From: an uncultured Acetobacter sp.
Lineage (GTDB): Bacteria; Pseudomonadota; Alphaproteobacteria; Acetobacterales; Acetobacteraceae
Reading direction: 5' to 3'
Assembly (NCBI GenBank): GCA_937875265.1
Contig: CALLXM010000326.1
Span: 1 to 57,988 of the forward strand
Length of the DNA stretch: 57,988 nucleotides
The position numbers and the translations under genes are program-made. The notes under the pieces are model-generated. The model saw only the letters and a list, made by a program, of their open reading frames with translations. It had not been told where the DNA came from and searched no databases. Positions 38,059 through 47,658 of the stretch are shown piece after piece (the first letter of the stretch is position 1; each line of letters starts with the position of its first letter).

Positions 38059-39375
38059 ATGCAACATTTCGATACCATTTTGAGGGGGGGGACAGTTCTT
38101 GCGCAAAAAACCGAGGTAACAGATATAGGCTGTCAGAACGGTAGGATTGTTGCTTTAGGTGATCTGCGCACTGCAACCGCTAATGAAGTGGTGGAGTGCC
38201 GTGGTCTTCATGTTCTGCCTGGCATTATTGATCCACATGTGCATTTGCGTGAACCCGGAGACGCAACGGTCGAGACGATTTACGACGGAACAAAAGGTGC
38301 AGTTCTTGGCGGTGTAACGGCCTTGTTTGACATGCCAAATACACGGGACCCCGTGGTATCGAAGGAGGCAATCGCCCGTAAACGAGCCCTGATTCCTCAA
38401 AAATCGTGGTGCGATATGGGGCTATATGTGGGAGGGACCAAAAACAATATTCCTGAATTAGATGTGCTTGAGGCAGAAGAGAACGTCTGTGCTATCAAGG
38501 TTTTCGCAGGTTCAGCTCCCAGTGATTATCTGATTGAGGATGATATCAATCTGGAAGCCTTGATGCGTAATGGTACCCGTACGGTATGCTATCATTCAGA
38601 AGATCAGAACCGCTTGCAGGAGCGCCGTAAACTTTTTTCAGAGGGGCAACCTTATCGTAACCATATGGAGTGGCGGGACGTAGAATGCGCGTTTCTGGGT
38701 ACCCGTCGTCTCATGGCATTGGCGCAAAAAACAGGTCGTAAAGCGCATATCCTGCACGTCTCAACCGCTGAAGAGTTAAATTATATGCGGGGATTCAAAG
38801 GGTTGGGGACGGTAGAAGTTCTGGTCAATTATCTGACGCAAACTGGCCCGGAGGCCTATGATCGTCTGGGAGGCTACGCCGTTATGAATCCTCCCATACG
38901 TGATCAACGCCATTATGATGCATCATGGGCGGCTGTGAACGCTGGAGACGTAGACTGTATTGGGTCTGACCACGCTCCGCATTCGCGTGAAGCTAAAGAG
39001 CGACCCTGGCCGCTCACGCCTGGTGGGCTGACTGGTGTGCAAACACTGGTTCCTATTATGCTTGATCATGTTAACGCGGGGCGTCTGTCACTTGAGCGTA
39101 TGGCGCAGCTTATGTCTTCCGGACCCGCTCGCGTATACGGTGCTGTGGGCAAGGGGCACATTGCGCCGGGTTACGATGCCAGCTTCACTATTGTTGATAT
39201 GAACAAAGAGAGATCAATCGAAGAAAGCTGGATTACATCTCCCTGTGGCTGGACGCCTTTTGCTGGCTATCACTGCACCGGGTGGCCGGTCATGACTGTT
39301 ATTCGTGGCACTGTGGTTATGCGGGAAGATACAGTATTGAACACACCAGGCGGTGAACTGGTGTCATTCCGCTAA
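38059..39375 (+). CDS. pyrC: Dihydroorotase (type I amidohydrolase)
   Basis: IDPHVHLREPG, DMPNT, IKVF, HSED, HILHVST, NPPIR, SDHAPH, GWTPF. Confidence 0.8.
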   Translation: MQHFDTILRGGTVLAQKTEVTDIGCQNGRIVALGDLRTATANEVVECRGLHVLPGIIDPHVHLREPGDATVETIYDGTKGAVLGGVTALFDMPNTRDPVVSKEAIARKRALIPQKSWCDMGLYVGGTKNNIPELDVLEAEENVCAIKVFAGSAPSDYLIEDDINLEALMRNGTRTVCYHSEDQNRLQERRKLFSEGQPYRNHMEWRDVECAFLGTRRLMALAQKTGRKAHILHVSTAEELNYMRGFKGLGTVEVLVNYLTQTGPEAYDRLGGYAVMNPPIRDQRHYDASWAAVNAGDVDCIGSDHAPHSREAKERPWPLTPGGLTGVQTLVPIMLDHVNAGRLSLERMAQLMSSGPARVYGAVGKGHIAPGYDASFTIVDMNKERSIEESWITSPCGWTPFAGYHCTGWPVMTVIRGTVVMREDTVLNTPGGELVSFR

Positions 39376-40017
39376 GAGCAGATCACCGATGAGGAGAGCA
39401 ACGGCCGCCTTGGTGGGTTCAATAACAGGGCGGCCACAGTGTTTTTCCAAGGAGCTCTGGAAATGAGCCATGCCGGCACAGCCCATAATTATGGTGTCTG
39501 CACCCATAATGCGTAACTGATGGGCAGCGTCTATCATGCGGCTAAGCAGGCTACCATCGGTCGCACCTTCAGCAGAGGTTTCAATAGGGTAGCTCCCTGC
39601 ATAGCGCTCGCAAATGCCCATTGTCCGGACAAGCCGGCGTTGCCTGAGAACAGATTTGTGGGAGAGCGCAATAATACCAAACTGATCCGCCTGTGTCAGG
39701 GCACGCAGAATGGCGCTTTCTCCAATGCCTCGTATGGGCGTTGTAGGAGAATTTTCTCTGGCCCCCAGTACGCCGGGATCACTGAAGCACGCGATTGCGT
39801 ATGCCGCGGCTTGATTGGCCAGCATAGCTGCCTGAACCAAAGGCGCTGTCACGTCAGCATCACTTTGTAAAGAGACGCCAGCGGGAGCCGTTGGTAAGCC
39901 AATTACCTCTATTGCAAAGGGGCTACGGAGCCGCAGGGGGGAAAGAGCCGTATCAATGGCGTCTGTCACACGCACAGACGAATTAGGATTGATAACAAGA
40001 ATACGCTCAGAGCTCAT
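39364..40017 (-). CDS. Asp/Glu/hydantoin racemase family protein
   Basis: ILVINPNSS, IACFSDPG, GIGESA, MGCAGM (two catalytic Cys), VIEPTKAAV. Confidence 0.9.
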   Translation of the reverse strand: MSSERILVINPNSSVRVTDAIDTALSPLRLRSPFAIEVIGLPTAPAGVSLQSDADVTAPLVQAAMLANQAAAYAIACFSDPGVLGARENSPTTPIRGIGESAILRALTQADQFGIIALSHKSVLRQRRLVRTMGICERYAGSYPIETSAEGATDGSLLSRMIDAAHQLRIMGADTIIMGCAGMAHFQSSLEKHCGRPVIEPTKAAVALLIGDLLLAE

Positions 40018-40852
40018 GAGTAGAACAGTCTGGTTGAGGTCCTGAGAAGGCAATGGCACTACTTTCCGGTAAGTGCCATTTGCGGATCAGGGCCAGATAG
40101 GTGCCATCAGCCTGCAACGCTGCTAATGCCGCCGTTATCAGGCATTGCAGGTGTGTATCGTTTTTTGGAAGGCCAATGCCTAGCGGGGTAAGTTCAAAAG
40201 AGTCTCCCAGTAGGCGGAACTGCCCAGGGTTTATAGTCAGCGTCCACGGGGCCGTAAGGCTATCTTGCAAAACTGCGGCTACGCGTCCTTCGCGCAATTG
40301 CAGACGTGCATCCGCCGAGTTTTCAGCCGCGAACAACTCTACTGGTGGTTTGTGCTCTGCCACACAATGCTGGTTGCTCCAGGCAATAAGGCTTGCGGGT
40401 TCAGAGGTAATACGGCTTGTGGCAATCATCCTTCCACAGAGCTCTGGCAAGGTGTGTGGTGCAAAACTGTCATCTGACAGCGTTATAAATTGTAAGCCGG
40501 ATTGCAGGTAATCAACAAACCCAATGCTTTTGCGTCGTACAGGCGTATCCATCATGCCATTAAAAAACATCTGGATACGATCAGTTAGAAGTGAGGGAAT
40601 CAGCTGTGCGAATGATGTTTCAATAATTTCAAATGAACGCCCAGCACGCTCAAGGAGTGCGTGGCTGAGGTCAACATCAAAACCCTCCAGCGTATTGGTC
40701 TGAGTATTACGCATGTCCAGAGGCGGGTAGCTGGGGTACATGCCAATAGATACAGGGTGGTTTTCAGCGTGTCCGTTTGCATGGAGCAATGTCACGAGGC
40801 ATAGGGCTGCAAGCCAGCGTGAACCATACCCTTTTTTCGTGCATCTGCGCAT
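40007..40852 (-). CDS. Polar amino acid ABC transporter substrate-binding protein (family 3)
   Basis: Signal peptide, YPPLD, GFDVDL, DGTYLALIRKW. Confidence 0.88.
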   Translation of the reverse strand: MRRCTKKGYGSRWLAALCLVTLLHANGHAENHPVSIGMYPSYPPLDMRNTQTNTLEGFDVDLSHALLERAGRSFEIIETSFAQLIPSLLTDRIQMFFNGMMDTPVRRKSIGFVDYLQSGLQFITLSDDSFAPHTLPELCGRMIATSRITSEPASLIAWSNQHCVAEHKPPVELFAAENSADARLQLREGRVAAVLQDSLTAPWTLTINPGQFRLLGDSFELTPLGIGLPKNDTHLQCLITAALAALQADGTYLALIRKWHLPESSAIAFSGPQPDCSTHEL

Positions 40853-42309
40853 CAGCCGTGTGTGGGGTATGTTGGAGGAATAAGCTCTTCAACCGAGCGG
40901 CCAAGTCGATCCCGCTGAGAAACGGAACCAGAAATTCGCGCCTGTTCCTGCACTAAATTAGCCGTTGCTTTCTCGTAATCCATAGTAAGAACACGACCTT
41001 TTTCGACAACTTTTTTTCCATCCACATAAACTGAATGAATGGCGCGGTCATCGCATGAAAAAATCAATGAACGGATAGGATCAAGCGATGGGCGCATCAT
41101 TGGATGATCCATATCGACAAGAACGAGGTCTGCGCAACTTCCTGGCTCAATACGGCCAATGTCTGAACGACCAAGAAGTGAAGCTCCAACATGCGTAACC
41201 GCATCAAAGACATCTTTTGTGGAGACAGCCTCTGGTGTTTGCTCCTGAATACGGCCCAGATAAGCAGCCAGCCTGACATCATCAAGAATTGTGTGAGGAT
41301 AGGTGTCTGTTCCAATACCTAAGCGCAGGCCAGCACGTTTATAACGTCCAAAATCACGCAGCACATAGCCGCGGCGCGCAAAAACAGTCGGGCAGTGTGC
41401 AATAGCAACATCACGTTGTGCCAGAATGGCCAGATCTGTCTTGGTGTGCCATGGCGTCGAGGGGTGATCATCCAGAAAAATACCGTGACCAATAATGCTG
41501 CGCTGTGCCAGCACACCCAGGCTATCCAGCCACTGAATTGGGGTCAGCCCATGGCGGCGTGTTATTTCCTGAAATTCAACAATGGATTGTGCGGCATGTG
41601 TCTGCCACGGAATATTACGAGATTCCGCCTCTTTGAAAGACGCTTTGAGAATTTCAGCCGAACAGGTATCGACCTGTGCCGGAACAACCATACCGGATAA
41701 ACGGCCAGAGTTATGCGCACTGGCGGCATCAACAATAGCGAGTGCCTCCTGCATGGACCGGCGACCACCATCTTCAGACCATGCGTAATCTACAGTATAT
41801 CCGTTGGTTGTTTTCCATGACGCTGAGCGGAACATTGGCCCCAAGCATACACGTAGTCCGCTTTGCTGTGCGACATCCAGCCAGCCAGCCCAGGGAGTGG
41901 AAAGGTCCACGGCGGTTGTTACACCTGAAAGGAGCATTTCACTGTATGCAACGCGTGCGCAGTCCGGCTTGCTGGCGGCGTCTGAACGGAAAACAGGCAT
42001 GTATTCGTAAAGAGACGAATAGAACAAACCGGGAGACCCTAGTTCGTCAAACATGCCACGACTCATAGGCTCTGTTGCCGGGTGGGAATGAACGTCTACT
42101 AACCCCGGCATAGCCAAGAGGTTGCGCCCGTCAACAGAAATGGGAAGAGTTGCATAGTCGGCAGGTAATTCATGCCCTGGGCCGGCATACAGCACTTTCC
42201 CGGCCTGCATAACAATGTCGGCATCAGGCACATAACAGTGACTATTTGTAAGCTTATCCCACAAAATGGCCTGTTTTAGTCGGCTTATACGATAGGGAGC
42301 CTGCATCAT
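40852..42309 (-). CDS. Amidohydrolase, TRZ/ATZ (SsnA/guanine deaminase-like) family
   Basis: MPGLVDVHSH, EMLLSGVTT, QTHAAQ, IIGHG, AHCP, GIGTD, GRIEPGSCADLV. Confidence 0.88.
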   Translation of the reverse strand: MMQAPYRISRLKQAILWDKLTNSHCYVPDADIVMQAGKVLYAGPGHELPADYATLPISVDGRNLLAMPGLVDVHSHPATEPMSRGMFDELGSPGLFYSSLYEYMPVFRSDAASKPDCARVAYSEMLLSGVTTAVDLSTPWAGWLDVAQQSGLRVCLGPMFRSASWKTTNGYTVDYAWSEDGGRRSMQEALAIVDAASAHNSGRLSGMVVPAQVDTCSAEILKASFKEAESRNIPWQTHAAQSIVEFQEITRRHGLTPIQWLDSLGVLAQRSIIGHGIFLDDHPSTPWHTKTDLAILAQRDVAIAHCPTVFARRGYVLRDFGRYKRAGLRLGIGTDTYPHTILDDVRLAAYLGRIQEQTPEAVSTKDVFDAVTHVGASLLGRSDIGRIEPGSCADLVLVDMDHPMMRPSLDPIRSLIFSCDDRAIHSVYVDGKKVVEKGRVLTMDYEKATANLVQEQARISGSVSQRDRLGRSVEELIPPTYPTHG

Positions 42310-43193
42310 GCCGCTCCCCCTTGTGCCGCGGACTCATGGGCTTCAAAATGTCGGGCAATCTGCTCTCCTGTCGCAATCCAGACATCACGGCATTCCAGCG
42401 TGTAAAGCAGGAACTCCCGCAGCAGACGGAGGCGCATAGGGCGACCACTTACCAGAGGATGCAAAACCGTTGCCACCATGGCACCCCATGCCCGTGTTTC
42501 ATCAAGGTCGTCTTTCCACATGGAAAGGATATGTTCTTTTGGGAAAACGGGACGTGGCCCAAAACGGGTGCTAAGGCCCAGTGTCCAGTCATCGTAACCC
42601 GCTGTGGGAGGAAGCTCCACAACGCCAGCAGTCCCGTCTGGCAACACCTGACGATAAGGACGAACATCATCTCGCCAACTGCTGGAATAAAGCATGCCTT
42701 CACGCTTTAAAGCGATGCGAAGTTCGTTACAGCTTTCTCCGTAGGGAGCACGGTACCCAACAGGACGCACACCATGCCGTGCCAATGCTTCAAATCCTTT
42801 GGCGAGTTCGCTTTCAATATGCGGAGAGCCAGGGTCCGGAATAAGGTGGTGATACCCATGATGACCAATTTCGTGACCATCTTTCATGACGGCCTCAACC
42901 ATAGCCGGGTAGGCATCCGCAACCCACCCTGTTGTGAAAAAAGTGGCTTTTAGATTGAGGTCTCGCAGGAGTTCCAACACTTTGGGAAGTCCCACCCGTG
43001 CTTCATATCCACCATAAGACATGTAGACGAGCTTTTCTGCATGCGCTGGATCTTTTGATGTCATCGCTGTTTCAGCGTCAATATCAAAAGACAGCATCAT
43101 GGCGGCGCGCTTGCCATCTGGCCATGGAAACTCTGGCGCCGGGGCAGCCATGTTGGAAGGGCGAATGGGAACATCGTCATAGGTGCGGATCAT
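42306..43193 (-). CDS. Polysaccharide deacetylase (CE4) family protein, PuuE/HpPgdA-like
   Basis: WPDGKRAA, SFDIDAE, YEARVG, ATFF, HEIGHHGYHH, GYRAP, LHPLVSGRP. Confidence 0.88.
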   Translation of the reverse strand: MIRTYDDVPIRPSNMAAPAPEFPWPDGKRAAMMLSFDIDAETAMTSKDPAHAEKLVYMSYGGYEARVGLPKVLELLRDLNLKATFFTTGWVADAYPAMVEAVMKDGHEIGHHGYHHLIPDPGSPHIESELAKGFEALARHGVRPVGYRAPYGESCNELRIALKREGMLYSSSWRDDVRPYRQVLPDGTAGVVELPPTAGYDDWTLGLSTRFGPRPVFPKEHILSMWKDDLDETRAWGAMVATVLHPLVSGRPMRLRLLREFLLYTLECRDVWIATGEQIARHFEAHESAAQGGAA

Positions 43194-43996
43194 GGCGTGA
43201 TTTCCTTGCAGGTTTCCTGCTGTGGTCGGTGACCCAGCACAGCAGAGAGAAAAGCTTTGGTACGGTCTTCTCTTGGAGTAGTGAAAAAATCTGTAGTCGG
43301 AGCATCTTCCAGAATGATGCCGTTATCCATAAAGAGGATACGGTCAGCCACCTGCCGGGCAAAAGCCAGTTCGTGGGTGACAACAAGCATCGTGACGCCA
43401 CTGGCAGCAACGTCTTGCATGACGGCCAGCACATCCCCCACAGATTCTGGGTCAAGTGCGCTGGTCGGCTCATCAAACAACATAACAGAAGGTTTAAGAG
43501 CCAATGCTCGCGCGATGGCAACGCGCTGTTGCTGGCCTCCAGAAAGCTGCGCAGGGTAGTGATCAGCCCGATGCGCCAGTCCTACCCGATCAAGCAATGC
43601 CAAAGCTTCCTGCTTCACGTCAGTGGCTAGGCGCTTTTGGACCTGAACCGGACCCTCCATAATATTTTGCAGAGCTGTCATATGGGGAAACAGATTGAAA
43701 CGCTGGAATACCATGCCTGCTTTACGTCTTTGGCGTGCAATATCATGAGCATTTCGGCGCACCATCCGGCCTTTATGTTCCTGCTGGCCTAAAATTTCGC
43801 CATTCATAACAATCAGGCCACGCTCAGCCGTCTCAAGCTGTGCAATGCAGCGAAGCAAAGTTGTTTTGCCAGATCCAGAACCTCCAAGAATGCAGACGAC
43901 TTGGCCTGCTGGAATATCAAGAGAAATTCCTTTGAGGATATGGGTGCTACCAAATGATTTATGCAGATCCCGCAACCAGACAGCAGGTTCAGTCAT
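43190..43996 (-). CDS. Amino acid ABC transporter ATP-binding protein
   Basis: Walker [38 protein letters not shown]. Confidence 0.95.
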   Translation of the reverse strand: MTEPAVWLRDLHKSFGSTHILKGISLDIPAGQVVCILGGSGSGKTTLLRCIAQLETAERGLIVMNGEILGQQEHKGRMVRRNAHDIARQRRKAGMVFQRFNLFPHMTALQNIMEGPVQVQKRLATDVKQEALALLDRVGLAHRADHYPAQLSGGQQQRVAIARALALKPSVMLFDEPTSALDPESVGDVLAVMQDVAASGVTMLVVTHELAFARQVADRILFMDNGIILEDAPTTDFFTTPREDRTKAFLSAVLGHRPQQETCKEITP

Positions 43997-44847
43997 CAGC
44001 GTTTTCCCTTGGCAAAATGGCGCTCGAGGAGGTGCTGAAGCGGCGACATGACGGTCACAGCAAGAAGATACCAGAATCCCGCAACAATCAGCAGTTCGAT
44101 AACACGCGTATTGGCGTAATAAATATTCTCGGCATTATGCAATACCTCTGGGTATTGGATAATACTGGCAAGAGATGTCAGCTTGATCATGTTAATAAAT
44201 TCGTTGCCAAGAGGCGGGATAACCGTTCGGAAAGCCTGTGGCAGAATAATGCGTTTCATCGCTTTGAAACGAGTCATACCTATTGCTGATGCCGCTTCGT
44301 ACTGCCCGATATCTACGCTTTGAAAGCCTGCTCGAAAAATCTCTGCAATATATGCTGCCTGATTTAACCCAAGACCTAAAAGAGCTGAGAGAAAAGGCGT
44401 CATAAGATCAACGGTGCGCATAGTGCCAACGCCAGGTATCATGATGTGAGGAAAAATAAGCGCCAGATTAAACCAGATCAGCAATTGCAGAATAACCGGC
44501 ACCCCCCGGAACAGCCAGACATAGATCCCTGACACCACACGAGGCAACCAGGATGAAGACAGGCGTCCCAGAGCCAGAAAAAGCCCGGCAAACATGCCTA
44601 AACCCATAGCACAAACCGCCATGAGTAAAGTGGCGCTTACCCCTCTGAGTATAGCAGGCACAAACAAAAATTGTCCGACATACGACCACGCGATCTGCCC
44701 GACTGCGAAAGCATGAATAATCCATGCCAGGAGAAGTAAAAGAAAAATGCCGGATGTCAGATGTCCCCACGCCACACGACGACCGGCAGGGAGTGCGAGA
44801 TAATGCGATGCATCATTCTTTGTTATGAAAGAGGCAGGTATACTCAT
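43996..44847 (-). CDS. Amino acid ABC transporter permease
   Basis: FRGVPVILQL, AAYIAEIFRAG, GQYEAA, IILPQA, KLTSLAS. Confidence 0.95.
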   Translation of the reverse strand: MSIPASFITKNDASHYLALPAGRRVAWGHLTSGIFLLLLLAWIIHAFAVGQIAWSYVGQFLFVPAILRGVSATLLMAVCAMGLGMFAGLFLALGRLSSSWLPRVVSGIYVWLFRGVPVILQLLIWFNLALIFPHIMIPGVGTMRTVDLMTPFLSALLGLGLNQAAYIAEIFRAGFQSVDIGQYEAASAIGMTRFKAMKRIILPQAFRTVIPPLGNEFINMIKLTSLASIIQYPEVLHNAENIYYANTRVIELLIVAGFWYLLAVTVMSPLQHLLERHFAKGKR

Positions 44848-45647
44848 GGTGTTACTCCCTCTATAGCCTCAATGGAATCATTTAAAAGAGACCATTTTTC
44901 AAGAAGCTTCGTGTAGGTCCCATCATTTTTTATCTGGTTAAACGCGCTCTGAATATTTTCCTTGAGCGCGGAAGAGTTTTTAGGAAAAGCCATTGCCAGT
45001 GTCATGTGGGACAAGGGGGAGCCAAGTCTGCGAAAGGCATTGTGGGTTATCTGGATAAAGTAGCCCACTGTCTCACGTCCCTGTACCATGGCAGCTACCC
45101 GGCCTTGAAGAAGTTGTATGCGGGCATCTGCACCACTTTCAGACGGGTAGAATTTCATGGCTGGGCGTCCGGCTGCAATGCAGTTCTTTCTGCTCCACTC
45201 CTGAATGAAAGAGGGGAAAGACGTTGCTCTGCTGGCGGCTATGTCTTTCCCACAGAGCTCGGCTGGGTCTGATATGTAGTCATCAGTCCTGACAAGAACC
45301 TGAGCGCCAGATTGTAGATACGGAACAAAATCAAGCAAAGTATGTCGCTGGGGGAGGTCTGAAAAGCCGCTCAGAATCATGTCCGTACGACCACTTTGCA
45401 CGGACGCAGTCATCTGGGGAAAAGACGTTTCGATCCATTGTACGGTCATACCCATTCTGGCGGCAAGGAGGTTACCAAAATCGATATCAAACCCTGTCAG
45501 AGCGTCGGTGACAGGGTCACGAAATTCGAGCGGCGGATAGATAGGGTTCACGGAAATACGAAGCACTCCTGCCGCATGGGCCATTGGAAGACTGACTCCA
45601 GATAGAAGAGCCAGGCAACAGAGGGTGGTTCGTATCGCCGACTTCAT
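44844..45647 (-). CDS. Polar amino acid ABC transporter substrate-binding protein (family 3)
   Basis: Signal peptide (AHA/A), YPPLEF, GFDIDF, DGTYTKLLEKW. Confidence 0.9.
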   Translation of the reverse strand: MKSAIRTTLCCLALLSGVSLPMAHAAGVLRISVNPIYPPLEFRDPVTDALTGFDIDFGNLLAARMGMTVQWIETSFPQMTASVQSGRTDMILSGFSDLPQRHTLLDFVPYLQSGAQVLVRTDDYISDPAELCGKDIAASRATSFPSFIQEWSRKNCIAAGRPAMKFYPSESGADARIQLLQGRVAAMVQGRETVGYFIQITHNAFRRLGSPLSHMTLAMAFPKNSSALKENIQSAFNQIKNDGTYTKLLEKWSLLNDSIEAIEGVTP

Positions 45648-46600
45648 GTCGTCGTTTCATTTTCCGGAAGAATAACACCAGTTTGTTTTGAAATGCGTTC
45701 ATAATGCATCGGGCGACGGTGCGCCTCAAAATTGAACATTTTGCTTTTACCTTGCGCGCACATATCCATGTCACATGCGGCAACAACAACCTCATCAGCC
45801 AGTGTCTGGGTTTGGGCAACAATAATGCCATTGGGGTCTACAATGCAGGTCCCGCCGATCAGACCTGATCCGTCTTCATTACCAGCTTTGGCAACGGCAA
45901 CAGCCCAACATGCATTCATGTAAGCGTTAGCCTGCACGACAAGCTGAGCGTGAAATGTACGGAGCTCAGCACTTTCCGTGTCTCCGCCGTTAGGGTCATA
46001 GGCGGCTGAATTATAACCAACGCACAGTAGCTCCATCCCTTGTAGAGCAAGACTTCTCCAGCCCTCAGGCCAGCGGCGGTCATTACAGATCAGCATACCC
46101 ATGAGAGTATTGGCCCAGTCCGGCCCGCTGCGAAAAACAGGGAAACCAAGATCACCATAGTCAAAATAGCGCTTTTCAAGTTGCTGGTATTTTGCGCCGT
46201 CGCGTGGCTCAACGGAACCTGGCAAATGCACCTTGCGATATTTACCCAGAACTGTTCCATCCGGTGCGACAATAATGCTGGTATTAAACTGCTGGCCTTC
46301 TGGGGTCAGTTCTGCATAACCCACATAAAACCCAACGCCCAGTTCCTTGGCACGGTCAAAAAGAGCCTGAACATTAGGATTAGGCATTGCTGTTTCAAAC
46401 TGACTGATAAGGTCATTCTGCTGAAGCAACCAGCGTGGAAAAAAGGTTGTAAAAGCTAACTCTGGATAGACAACAAGCGTTGCACCTTGCGCCGCAGCGC
46501 TTTCCATCAGCTTTATCATGCGTGACAGCGTCTGTTCACGGTCATCAGAGCGTTGTGTAGGCCCCATCTGGGCTGCAGCAATGCGGATAATTCGGCTCAT
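45644..46600 (-). CDS. N-carbamoyl-D-amino acid amidohydrolase (D-carbamoylase, nitrilase superfamily)
   Basis: YPELAFTTFFPRW (Glu), YRKVHLPG (Lys), LEKRYF, ICNDRRWPE (Cys). Confidence 0.9.
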   Translation of the reverse strand: MSRIIRIAAAQMGPTQRSDDREQTLSRMIKLMESAAAQGATLVVYPELAFTTFFPRWLLQQNDLISQFETAMPNPNVQALFDRAKELGVGFYVGYAELTPEGQQFNTSIIVAPDGTVLGKYRKVHLPGSVEPRDGAKYQQLEKRYFDYGDLGFPVFRSGPDWANTLMGMLICNDRRWPEGWRSLALQGMELLCVGYNSAAYDPNGGDTESAELRTFHAQLVVQANAYMNACWAVAVAKAGNEDGSGLIGGTCIVDPNGIIVAQTQTLADEVVVAACDMDMCAQGKSKMFNFEAHRRPMHYERISKQTGVILPENETTT

Positions 46601-46734
46601 TACGTACTGTAACCTTGTCCGGGGTGGCTGCCAGTTTATCACGTGGCGTGTTGAAAATCATTGCCATCTTGTTCCAAATTCTTCAATTATAATGACGATC
46701 AGATATATGGTCTCCTTATTCACGTTGGTTATAC

Positions 46735-47643
46735 ATGAACCTTAGACAGATAGAGATTCTACGCGCCATCATCCGGCATAATACGACCGTTGCCGCGGCT
46801 CGTGTGCTTGGCCTCTCGCAGCCAGCGATCAGTAATGCGCTCAAAGCGATGGAGGAACAAACCGGTTTTGCCTTGTTTCAAAGGGTCAACAACAGAATAT
46901 ATCCAACGGCAGAAGCCACACAGATAGCAGAAGATGCAGAAGCTCTGTTTGATCTGCACGATAAATTGGAGCGGCGCATTCGCGACCTGCGTGACAGTAG
47001 GGCAGGGCAGTTGCGGCTTGTTGCTACTCCTCCAATTGGTTACGGAATATTAACGAAATCTATTCAGAAAACACAAATCTTACGGCCTAGAATACGCACT
47101 TATTTTGATGTGAGACGATTTGAAGGTGTTGTAAATGGCGTTGAAAGTCATAACGCAGAATTAGGTTTTATTCTGGCCTACGGTGGAAAACCTGGCTTGC
47201 AATCAGAAGTGTTGTATGAATGCAAAATGGTTTGCGTTATGCCTACAGGCCACCCATTGAGTAAGAAAACGCATATTGTTCCGAAAGATTTGCGGAATCA
47301 CCATTTCATTGCTCTGGAACGAGAAACCCGTCTTGGAGAAGCAACAAGAGCGGTATTTGAGCAGGAAGGGGAAGACTTCAACTTCTCAGCAGAAGTCCGG
47401 TATGGCAATACAGCCTGCGCTTTAGCTGAAGCCGGAGCTGGGATAGCAATTATTGACCCTCTGACGGCTTATTCTGGACGATTTGACATAGCCGTGCGTC
47501 CTTTTGAGCCTGCAATTCCAATTGCTGCGTATGCCATTTGGTCGGAAAATCGATCACTTTCACGTCTTGCTCAGTTTTTCCTTGATCGGGTTAAAGAGGT
47601 GGTAAGTGAGCTTCCAGATCAGTTAGAACAGCAGCAAATCTGA
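46735..47643 (+). CDS. LysR-type transcriptional regulator, divergent from the carbamoylase operon
   Basis: MNLRQIEILRA...AARVLGLSQPAISNALKAME. Confidence 0.93.
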   Translation: MNLRQIEILRAIIRHNTTVAAARVLGLSQPAISNALKAMEEQTGFALFQRVNNRIYPTAEATQIAEDAEALFDLHDKLERRIRDLRDSRAGQLRLVATPPIGYGILTKSIQKTQILRPRIRTYFDVRRFEGVVNGVESHNAELGFILAYGGKPGLQSEVLYECKMVCVMPTGHPLSKKTHIVPKDLRNHHFIALERETRLGEATRAVFEQEGEDFNFSAEVRYGNTACALAEAGAGIAIIDPLTAYSGRFDIAVRPFEPAIPIAAYAIWSENRSLSRLAQFFLDRVKEVVSELPDQLEQQQI

Positions 47644-47658
47644 AAGCCTTTTTCATTT

